In this document: positions 25,457 through 36,024 of the stretch, one piece after another
Position numbering within the stretch: the stretch's first letter is position 1
Layout: the number at the start of each line of letters is the position of its first letter
Source of the DNA: Takakia lepidozioides
Taxonomy: Eukaryota; Plantae; Bryophyta
DNA length: 64,000 nucleotides
Direction of reading: 5' to 3'
Assembly (NCBI GenBank): GCA_030704615.1
Contig: CM060733.1
Span: 16,864,001-16,928,000 of the forward strand
Notes under the pieces: model-generated
Database searches by the model: none
What the model was told of the DNA's origin: nothing
The model's input: the letters and a program-made list of their open reading frames with translations, nothing else
Translations under genes and position numbers: made by a program

Positions 25457-28400
25457 TGTTGGAAATCAACTCCTTACCAAGTTACTCCTACTCAAAGTTA
25501 TTGTGCTGACAAGTCACAGTGCAATAATAGCAATGCTGACAAGTCACAATTAATATTTATATAGGACGCCTCGCGAAGGAAGCATAAATTATGGTGTAGC
25601 TTGACCCCGAAGGGCTACTGCCTTCCAGCAGGAAGGTGGACACCTTCAATGGTAGAGAAAATTTACTCTAGAGTGTAGAATTGAGGGAGTCAGCTAGAGG
25701 ACGCACTCCATATCACTGGAAAGAATGGAGTGTATAGCCGATGAGTCGTGAAAGAAGTGAGATATTGTTGTCTGAAATGATGTAATACTCTCTTGATCTT
25801 GTCAGATTCGCCTTGAAAATTGGATTGACATCTGCCAATTTAACTTTTATGACATCACCACATAAGAATCTGCTCACCAAAGTTAGAGTTGGGGGGGACC
25901 TTCGATTGCAAGATTACGGTCAAAATTAGTAGGCGGCCACCGAGCTACGTCGACTTCACGTTGATCGCCTTATGGACCTCCAATAGACATCGGATCCGAT
26001 ATTTGTGCTTCTGTGATTTTGGTTCCAATATTTGGAAGGATCCCAAAGAGCCCCTTGTCAACTCCCACTGTGGTATTCTTCTGATCACCATATGCTAATT
26101 GAAACGATTCGTCAAAGTGATCAGCTTGCGGAACATCTGCAATGTGAAGATGGTGCATGAATTGCCCTGGCAAGTTTAGAGCTCCATTGCACTGGTCCAT
26201 GAGTGTACATCTATGGTGCAGGATGAAGTAAATGTGATTGTTCGTTGCTGAGTCCTCTTCTTGAAGGACCAATATGCTCTGCCATAGGCCGAATTGCGTG
26301 TTGTTGCATATATGAGCTTGGGATATGTGCCATCAGTAGCAATGACCCTCGGGCATAGAGCTCATGTGACGCACCCAAAATATTTCCCTGGTAAATTCCA
26401 GTTTGCATGCATGCTCCAAAAACTCCTTGCAACTCTGTACTTGTTGCAACGAGTGTGTCAATTGAGTCTTCATCCACACCAGCTGCTCCAAAATTGTTTG
26501 ATCACTCACTGGACAAGTATCCCCAAAAAATAACCGTCCATTTTCCACCGTTTGTACTTGGTGCTCAAGTAACTGTATTTGCTCAAACTCCAAACTCACA
26601 TTTGTGGCTTCGTCAAAGATGTTGCCCTCAATATTTGCGTTGCTTGGCCCGACATCAGGAACTAGATTGAGATGTTGCTGACATGAAGCCATTGAGTCGT
26701 TGTCTATTGCGAGCTTCACCAAGACATTGTTGAGCAACTCGTCTGATTCGCTCTGATTCAACTTTCTGGATGCAAGAACACCGCATTGACATGACCCCAT
26801 GCCCCAAGCAACAATTGTGGATTACCTATGTTGATGGCCCTCATCCCGCATGTTACAACACCGGAATTTGTCCACCATCTCATCGTAGCTCTTGTCACGC
26901 TCCTCAAAGCGCAGATTTGCAAACCGCCTTATGCCCTGGTCCATACTGCAGTTGTTGTATTGACTAAGCCCCACGTGGGGAAGAACATAATGAGCAGAAT
27001 GTTGACATCACATAGCGTGGATAACTCGTATGCTTTCTTGATAAGCCCCTGACGCCTAGGGTCACTCCGACATTACAACCACAAACTCCACCTCCAGTAA
27101 TTCTCTGATCGCAAGAGCCTTTAGGCTTTTGCAGATAAGCTGCAATATCTTCGTAATGGAAAGCCAACCTCTGTCACTGCAGAAATCGAATTGAAAACAA
27201 AGAAGAGGGCCGTCACAATTAACAATAAAGAAGCCTCAGTTAGCTAAAGTTAGCTTCAGTTATTAGTGACTCAAGTCAGAATACCAAAATAACAATTGTA
27301 GATAACTTAAGTTGAGCATGCAGTTATGCTATAGTTATCTCAACTATTCCTCATAGTCAATTCCTGGAATAGACTTTGAGTATATAGAGGGAGAGCTCAG
27401 AGGGTGGAAACACAGCTGTTGTGGTCCTTTGGTTGGGTGACGAGTTCTCAACAATCTATTTCATCTTTTATCCCTATTCTTTGTCGAATTCCAACATGGT
27501 GTCAAAGCAAGGTTTTGTGTAAGAGTTAGAGGGGTATGAGTACATGATTCACAACCTAGAGGACAAGAGTGCGTGATCCACAATTATAGGCCAACCTATA
27601 GGCTTGAGTGCTTGGTGTTGGGATTTGAAAGTTTGAGGGTGTTTTATACTTGACAAAACATTAAATTATCATCATGACATCTTCTGCTAATCATACATGA
27701 GTAGAGAAACTAGATGGTCACAATTTTCATACATGAAAAATTAAGATGGGTTCATTTTTCATGAGAAAGATCTATGGGAGATAACATCAGGAGAAGCGGT
27801 TGCACCAGTTCAAGTGCAACCTGAAGATGAAGTTCATTCTTCATGAGAAAGATCTGTGGGAGATAACATCAAGAGAAGTTGCACCAGTTCAAGTGCAACC
27901 TTAAGATGGAGAGATCATAGCGTAAGAGGAGCGCAGGGATCACTCCTGATCAACGACTTTTTGAGAAGAAAGATAAGCTAGCTCGAGGAACTATATCGTT
28001 GAATGTGGTTGTTTCAATACTTCATCATGTTGCACATGCTAAAACTGCTAAAGAAATAACTTGATAAGGAGTTGATTTTCAACACCCCAACTTAACGAGT
28101 AGGTTATCAAGTCAAACATTTAACTACTCCCATCAAGCCTCGAAAGCGTTCATGCTTCTTAACACTAAGTCTTTTTGTCAATATATCTGCAACCATGTTG
28201 TTGGTGTTGCAATGTACCAATTTGACAACTCTCGCTTTAGTTTTTTCTCGTACCAAATTCTCAATATGCTTTGTCCGAGCTTGAAAAGTCGGATTCTTCG
28301 AGAGAGCAATACATCCTTGGTTTTCATCATATATGGACATGATATCCCATTGTGGATGACCAATACTTGAAAGAAATGATAATAACCACATACTTCCCTT

Positions 28401-28795
28401 ACGGCTTGGGATGCAAGCATATATTGTGCAATTGTAAATTCATCATCATCTGATACGAGAGAAAACTGAAGCAGAAGTTATCAAATTAGTATATTGCAAC
28501 ACCAATAACATGGTTACAGATGTATTGACAAAAAGACTTAGTGTTGAAAAGCATGAACGTTTTCGAGGCTTGATGGGTGTAGTTAAATATTTAACTTGGT
28601 AACTCGTTGAATGAGGAGTTTGGAAATTAACTCCTTATCAAGTTACTTCTCCTCAAAGTTACTGTGATGACAAGTTACAATGCAAATATAATAGTAGTGC
28701 TGACAAATCACAGTTAACAATAGAGATAAGCCTCAGTTAGCTAAAGTTTTTAGTCAGAGTACCATAATAGGAGTAGGAGATAACTCAAGTTGGCT
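25457..28795 (+). mobile_element. Degenerate Ty1/Copia element: interrupted 5' LTR (25457-25553 plus 27212-27496), PBS 27497-27508, gag remnant, RNase H remnants in both orientations, PPT and partial 3' LTR from about 28619
   Basis: tgttggaa…ttccaaca LTR; PBS tggtgtcaaagc; gag-like KLDGHNFHT.KIKM..HEKDLWEITSG; RNase H ENQGCIALSKNP.FQARTKHI..NMVADILTK. The LTR start is repeated at about 28619 and, inverted, at about 28038-28085. Confidence 0.85.
25554..27211 (-). pseudogene. MIKC*-type MADS-box gene remnant inserted in the Copia LTR
   Basis: The minus strand at 27057-26975 reads RRQGLIKKAYELSTLCDVNILLIMF (MADS core; not in the ORF track because it is frameshifted). It is followed by QYNNCSMDQGIRRFANLRFEERDK (MIKC* I region) and QLLEHQVQ..RLFFGD..LEQLVWMKTQLTHSLQQVQSCKEFL (K*-like). 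The insert is flanked by the 11-bp duplication GTCACAATTAA. Confidence 0.8.
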
Positions 28796-29403
28796 AGGGA
28801 AGGGCCTTGCTACAATTGTTTGCAAGGTGAAAATGCTCACATTGTCCTAGTTGCAATTCTCCATATTTGTTTCTATTTGATGACAAAACCTTTACAAGAA
28901 TTAAAGATTCGATTGGCACATGATACATGAAGCGGAGAGGAAGATAGCCAATAATGTCCATATGTGGGTTGTGCAGTTGTTCCAGTGATACCATTTATAG
29001 CATTGTTTTAATGCAGTTTAAAAATGAGCCGGATGCCAAAGCTCCTGTTGCATAATTTGTTTCCCACTTTTTTGCTAAGAAACTTGTATTTATCACACTG
29101 CATTATAACAGGTAAAGCAGAATGCAACTTATTGTCATGCATTGTATCATAATTCCTATTTGTTACATAAGTCACACATTTCCGGACCTGCCAATTGACA
29201 CATATAAGTTTACTCGTTTCCAACTTAGAATTGTTACTCTCATTATCACCCGACCATTCCTCAGTGTGCAGTCGTATTTGGGTATATAATACAAACTTGC
29301 TTAGTCACAGATGCATATGTGTGCCATAGTGAGATTGTATGCATCGACTATAATGGGGTCTTGCAAACACACTTATTCCTATACCTTGGTGCCATGCAAT
29401 GTT

Positions 29404-29511
29404 CACTACAACAAAACACAGTAGTTATGACTGCATATACGACTGCCCAACAGTCATAAATGCGGTATAGGACTGGGTTGACAGTCATAACTACCGCGTT
29501 TTGTTGTAGTG
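29404..29511. mobile_element. 108-bp miniature CACTA element
   Basis: About 30-bp TIRs (cactacaacaaaacacagtagttatgactg / cagtcataactaccgcgttttgttgtagtg) and TSD GTT. Confidence 0.92.
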
Positions 29512-29558
29512 GTTGGAAGTGTCAAGGCAGCCTTGCATTGACACTTTGAGAGTAAAAC

Positions 29559-29630
29559 AAGACACTAGCTCAGTGGTAGAGCATCCCACCGGAATGGGGG
29601 AGGTCCTCGGTTCAATCCCTAGCCTGACCA
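29559..29630 (+). ncRNA. tRNA-derived sequence with intact Pol III A and B boxes inside an LTR (not a canonical tRNA gene)
   Basis: TAGCTCAGTGGTAGAGC (D arm/A box), TCCCA-CCGGAA-TGGGG anticodon-like arm, GAGGTC, CTCGG-TTCAATC-CCTAG (T arm/B box) and CCTGACCA. The 5' acceptor strand does not pair and the anticodon loop is irregular. Confidence 0.7.
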
Positions 29631-31297
29631 CACTCTAGTGGGTTTCCAACATGGTATCATCACCTAGTACGGTTCCATCTCAACTAAGATAGACAGAAGA
29701 ATTCATGAGGATAAATCATTAACATGAGGATATCCATAAAGTATAAGACAAATAAGGCATACTTACGTAAATCTAGAATTGTCGGAAAGTAGATGCCCAA
29801 ATGTCATGATGTCTTCTGACCAAGTTAAATATGTTTAGAGACTTGATGGCACGAACTACTTAACCTAGAAACTAAGAATGTTATATCTTTTAAAGAAAGA
29901 TAGGTTATGAGATAGGGTGGATTTGTTACAGGCCACTAGTACAAAAAACGGGTTTCATGACACTTTTTTTTACTGTTTTCATGACTCTTTTGGTCATTTT
30001 GACTCATTTTTTACTCTTTTGCAAAGACTCATGCAGTCCGTGTCGTTACGATGACTCTAATATCCGCGTCATGAATATGACTCTGGGTGATATCCCCTTG
30101 TGAGCAAGATACATGACCCTGAATTTCGTCACGTCCGTGACTGTTTTCTAGCAACACACGGCTCTCCCCGGATTGCGACATGTCAATTTCAGATGATGAC
30201 AGGTGTAGGGAAGACGTTATCTCGCACGCATGCCACAACGGGCCACATGTTCACGTTGAGCGATACCACGTGTTGAAATCTAGCAACTTTTAGAGAGTCA
30301 TAAATCTGACTGTGGATGCGTTCGTGCCTGGACACTCTTTGTATGGTATCAGGTAGGAGTGGGAAATTATCCTGGTCATAAGCATGACCAGCTTGGTCAT
30401 GAGAATGACCATTTTATAACTTTAGGTGGTCGTGTATCTGACTCAAGTCTCATTGAATGGCTACGTGGCGCATAATGTATGGTATGAATTTGAAATGTGA
30501 AAGGTATTTGAGTCATGAGTATGACCTCATTGGTTTGAGTTCATGAGTATGACTGGACACGTGTCACGCTTTGCATGGCTGTTGGTGCCTAGTTGGTCAT
30601 GGGCATGACCCATCTCTACTCCACATGTAGTATTCTAACTGGATGGAATTTGTAATATTTACCTTAATAGTACATTTGTTTTCTGTTTATTTTGTATTTT
30701 GTATTTTATTTATTTTCAAATTAGAGTGGATAGTGGTTTAATTTGTATTATATGTTTACTGAATTAGTATATTCATATGTATTCAAATATAATACCATTT
30801 ATATGTAATTTATAATATGAGAATATATCATTTTGCACAAATACACGGTGTCATGAGCCAATTGGGTAAAAAAGAGATTCGACAATTGATGGAAAATATG
30901 ATAGGAAGACAATGGTTTGTTTCAAGTCTGTACAGTGCCTCCAGATCAACAAAAAAGTGGAGAGTTCAAAGAATCTAATCTCTCAACGGTAGCCCAAGTA
31001 CCCAACTACCCACTGCACATATATGAATCCAAAAATGTGACAAACCGAGCACCTTCCTCCTTGTTGATTGTACATAGCATGCCTCCTTCTGCCCCATCAC
31101 CTTCTGCCTCTTTCCTTACAAGAGATCATGATCGCATGTCCTGCACGTGAATGCACACATGTATAAACAAATCAACAACACTAGCTAGAAGAGGTTGTTG
31201 GTTTCAATCCACTGGTTCGTGTAAGTACTACATGAGATCTATTTAGCTAATCACCCAAGGGTAACCACATGTCAAAGTAAGAACATTACCTCTAAAA

Positions 31298-34200
31298 TCA
31301 CCGTTGAGGCAGCACTTTCAGCAGCTTATCACTCCACACCGTGACAGAATCCAGAGTGTGACCAAGTTCTGTGTGGGCTGACCGTACTGAAGTATTGAAG
31401 TATGCAAGCGGGGTGCTGGCCGTGCATACTTCATCCACACGCACAGCCACGTACCCAACAGGTACAGATGGGTATCCCTATGGGGGTGTACTGCCCTCCA
31501 AACCCATCACCAAACCACTACCTACTTTGGCTTTTGATAGGGCATCCAAAAGCCACACTCGATGGCCTTTAATCACCTGCCACAATCCACAAGCAGTGAG
31601 TCCCATATTTCACAAGTTTGAACCAAGTGGCATGCAACCAGTGCAATCATGAGAAGATGATAGGGGCGTATAGTTTTTCTCACCCCATTTTGCTCCGGGG
31701 GTGTTGGAATAACGATCTTCTGAGCTGGTGTTGTTTTCACTAGGACAACTTGCTTTCTATGTCCAACCTGCAACAACGTGGGGAAATCGCAAACATAAAG
31801 GAGATCAGCCCACTGCCGGGTGTTTTTTGCCTTACCCGTGTCATGCTACGGGGGTTGCATCCACAATGTGCCCTGTTGTGCCCTTCAACCTCATGCCAAC
31901 TATGTGTCAAGAAACAATTGAACTCCCACAGGTAAATGATTATAGTCCTCATAACTGTAAGCACAAAAAAGGTAAGAGATCTTACCATATTTTTCTCCAA
32001 GGCAGTGTTTGCTGCGCCCGAAACCCTCGCTGTCCTTGGCTTTCTGCGACCATGCGGCTGATATTGCATTGTACAACAACGATATGTCAAATAGCTGTTC
32101 ACAATACTGACAATGACAAACACTATCGTCAAATGTCCACAAACCTATGACTAACATAAGATATTAACATTCACTAATGCAAGGTGAGGGCCAGAGTGTA
32201 CCTCCCTGGCCACGCCTTCAGCCTCTGTAGTAATAGGTCCCTGTCCATATCCCCCTGTTGTGCGTATGAATTCAGGCACATTGGGGGACTGTGCCAGTCT
32301 TTCGAGGTAGGGCCACACACTGTCCAACAGCCCAGTGTCATGTGTCCATGAAACTAGATAAACCCCAGAGTAGGCAGGATTGCGCATCCCCTTGTAAGGA
32401 CTGTCGTCAACTGAGACAATGTTTCGGGCCGACCACTGTGGCATTGCCTTCCACACCTTCTCCAAACATTTGTAAAAAACAGGCTTTGATGAGGACTGCA
32501 TGTTTTCCCCTTCCTCACGTTCACAGTGGGACTGATCCCATACAAACTGAAGCCTTGTAACATGCGCCCTGAATATCCAATCGACGGTTGCCCGGACATT
32601 GTGAATTTGTGCAGAGGACCAAATAGCCAATTCAAAGACTTTCAAACAATTTGCAATAAATTCACAACACCATGGTCTTAACATCATGAGCTTTGAACCA
32701 CATTTCTTGGACACAGTTCCTTTTGGGACAGAAAGAACATGGTGAGTGGCATCGCACAACAATCCATTCAAGTCCAAAATCAATAGATGTTTGGGTGTAG
32801 GAGGTTCAAATTGTGCAGGTAACATGCCCTGACCCTTGCTCGATGAAGTAGGTGATCCACGATCACTATCAACTGGGTCTCCGTTGCCGTTGACTTCTCG
32901 CACTGGAGAAGGTGACCGCATGGACTGTGAACCCTCCACGTTCAGTACTGGTTTACTGCCAACCGCCTCAATCATGTTAAAACGTGAGTCCAGAGGAGTT
33001 GACACGGTAGGGACATGTGTAGCTCCATCTACCACGATAGATGAGCCTACACGTGTGTTGCCATCGGAACAAGGGTCAAGCTTCAGGCCAAACTTCATAG
33101 CCAAAAGCCTGTTGAACTCCTTGGCTTCAGACATGAATTTCCTCATGTCCGCCATACCTCCCTCCAACAATGACACTTTTTCTGCCAATTCGCGGATGGT
33201 GCTTGTCTTGTCCTGCCAAACAAACCGTCAAATGTCAATAGACATACTACAAATGAAGGCATAAACAACATAATATACTAAAATGAACAGCCTCTCCTTT
33301 CTTAAATGACTCACTCTAGGGCTAGTGGGCTGATCACCCACTTTGCTCACTGATCCCTCTTGGATCTCTTGGAAAGAAGGGGTCCTGCCAGTTGACATAG
33401 CCTGCATGTGCCAGAATATTCAAGTATTAGATTACACATGTGCACAAAAATTGCCTGCATTTCCACATTTCCCATATAGGCACTACATCAAAAAGGGGTC
33501 CACATCATCAACAGCGCTTCAGGTTTTGCAAGTGAGGTCCTTACCAGACGAACTTCAACCCCATTCTTTCCACCGGGTCCTGTCTTGCTTTATTTCTTTG
33601 CAGCCTTGTTAGCAGCAGCCCCATTCTCAGAAGATTTCGGAAACTTCTCTGTTTGCCAATAAGCCACTAGGCGGTCCCACTGTGCATAACTCACAGTCGT
33701 TGGTTTGCCTTTCCCCGCAAGTCTGTGTGAATAGTTTTTAACATGACCCCTATTGTCTTCCTCACAACCACAACATCTAGCTGAACAGGAGTGTAAGTAA
33801 ACATGCTCTTCATTGTCTTGAATACGAGATCCAAGTCAGACGCGCATTGTTTTCTAAGATGTGAGGAAATATCTAGCATGCGAAGGATTTGCCCTTTAAG
33901 GGCATTCTGCCAGCGAGTTCGTGTGGCTCCAGTTGGTGCCCCTAATTCAGTTAGCTCTATCATTAGAGGGGGTCGAATTTGTTGGTCCCCTCTCCAAGCA
34001 GCACTTGCATTCATAGCAACCTGCGCAGCTCGCCTTGCCCTCCGCTCTGCATTACGGATGTCCTATGGATGCATAACAGGTTCTTCCTCCATGTAACCCT
34101 CCCCCTTGCCAGCAATATCATTATCAGGCCACTGCATGTCCAGTATGCCCCAGTTCTCTTCTTCCCCTACTTCATGTCCATACACATCTGCCTCCCCATA

Positions 34201-35377
34201 CTCATCCTCATCAAGATGCACTGGTTCCTGGTATGAGTTATATAGGGGACCTGGAGGTCGGGGACGGGGCCTGCCTCCCATTTGTGATGCGCCTGCTCCT
34301 CTACGGGGAGAATGGAAAACATGGCCAGCATACAATGGTTCCCCCCCCTCTGTTGTTCCAACCTAATTGACTGCTAGAACCACATACATCACTATACCTT
34401 TCATGGGGGTGAGGGGGTGGACGGACTGGGCGAGAACAGCCTGTTGGATTTTGAGCATGTCCCCCTTCCATGGGCGCAAATGTGCCACGCGCAGGGCTAC
34501 GTTGAAGGGTCCCAGCAAATTGTCCTCTCCCCCGTTTGCTTCTTGACTGCCACATTAAACATTACGCATTAAGTGGACATCTACCAACATGATCCAGGCA
34601 AGACACTCCCATTGCAAACCCTGACTGATAAATCCACACATCAAGTCTGCATTTGGAATTAGCACAACTAGAGTATTTTCAGTACTTTCCAGAACATGCT
34701 AGATCAATTGTTCCCTTTTTATGTTCATATCCTCACAAGCAGAAGCACATCACTTTGGTGTTTGTAATTAGGTTTTTCTCATGGGATTGCACCAAATCAC
34801 CAATGCCAAATGGCCAAAGCCCTTACCACCTATGAAGCAAGACAAGAGAATGTAGGTGTAGTGGAATGACCCAAAATTTGGCGAAATCATCTTTGCTGAA
34901 CCTCCCAAATCGAACTGGGGCTTTTTGATCTCTGCTCTGGCATATCAACACCCACAGTGTGTTGTCTACATTATGGATCCAAACCCAAATATGCACCTAA
35001 TACACATGGAGATGGAGCTTAGGGTTAATGTGTGTAGGAGTAGCACTCACCACGGGTGATATGTACTGCTATGGTGCAGGACGATTGGCAGGCGGCCTTG
35101 GAGGCATTTCAACGGGTCTCTTCCCTTTACCATCATGGAGGGGATTAGTGTTACCAGTGCATTCATCGTCTGGAGGGCAGGTGCTGTCGTCAGTGTCTGA
35201 GTCGCCTGTAGTGTAGCATTGATCGTTGGGTTCTCCCTCTGCGGCCATGCTCCGTGGTGGAAGCTGTAGTACAAACCTAGATGACCGCCTTGGCTCACCT
35301 TCAACCACTAGTTTGCGTGGGGCCCGCTTTCGCACTGCCTTTGTGGGCAACGCTCTCTGCAGCCTGCATACTATCAA
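31298..35377 (-). pseudogene. CACTA ORF2 (TnpA-like, multi-exon) with an embedded FCP1/NIF HAD-phosphatase-like domain
   Basis: 33620-34020 reads GAPTGATRTRWQNALKG…LVAYW (TnpA/Transposase_24-like). 32151-33188 reads HLLILDLNGLL, LRPWCCEFI..CLKVFELAIWSSA, FVWDQSHC, FYKCLEKVW, VDDSPYKGMRNP (NIF). 31298-31576 reads KVGSGLV..VPVGYVAVRVDEV..TPL..LGHTLDSVTVW (Transposase_23/DUF8039-like). Internal stops are present. Confidence 0.78.
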
Positions 35378-36024
35378 GCATGTTAGGACTCAAGCTAGCT
35401 GGTAAACCTCAAGATGACAAAAGAATGTGAAGTCAATTGAATTTCTTGGGTTCTTGGATTTTTGGCGCAACGAATGCAATCAAAAGTTCCCGTGCAAAAA
35501 ATCCCCCCTAAGTAGCACTCTTCTTCCACACAAGAAACTCTCATACATGAGTGCGGGCCCTCATTCTCACCTGCTCGGCAGACTCTTTGTCATTCTACCC
35601 TTCCGTAAAGGAGGTACTTCCCTCAATGACGACGTGAAGGAGAGTGAAGGGTTGAGAAGGGAGTGTGTAGGAAATAAACCCTCCTTGACATCTCTGTCTC
35701 TAATCTGTCTCTACATAGACTTGCGAGGGCCCTTCTGTCACTCCAAGGCGCTACAATCCTCTTACTCAGCTTTCCTAGCTTACTTCTGCTGCCAATGTGG
35801 TTACTCAGAATCCCTAGCTTACTCTGCTGCTAATGTGGCTAGTCCCAGTTCTTTGAACTTTGCTTTCATCTCCGCTACATTGGCTGCCCTTTCCACCTTG
35901 TAAGCCGTGAGAGTTGAGCGACTTCCATTGGCCATTCGGTGACGATAGTGTGCAGGTGTGCGCGGGTCAACTTACGCGCCCAAAACCAATATTGCCACTA
36001 TTCCTTGCCTACAACTGCCAGTCA

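Larger units (their letters stand above)
29400..29659 (+). mobile_element. Short LTR (about 141 bp once the mini-CACTA is removed) containing a tRNA-like sequence, followed by a tRNA-iMet PBS
   Basis: The reconstructed LTR reads TGTTGGAA…TTCCAACA (8-bp terminal inverted repeat) and is followed immediately by TGGTATCA (29652-29659). Confidence 0.85.

Noticed and set aside
29559-29630. Functional tRNA gene (apparent GGA anticodon)
   Set aside because: The acceptor stem does not pair, the anticodon loop is irregular, and it is an integral part of a repeated LTR.
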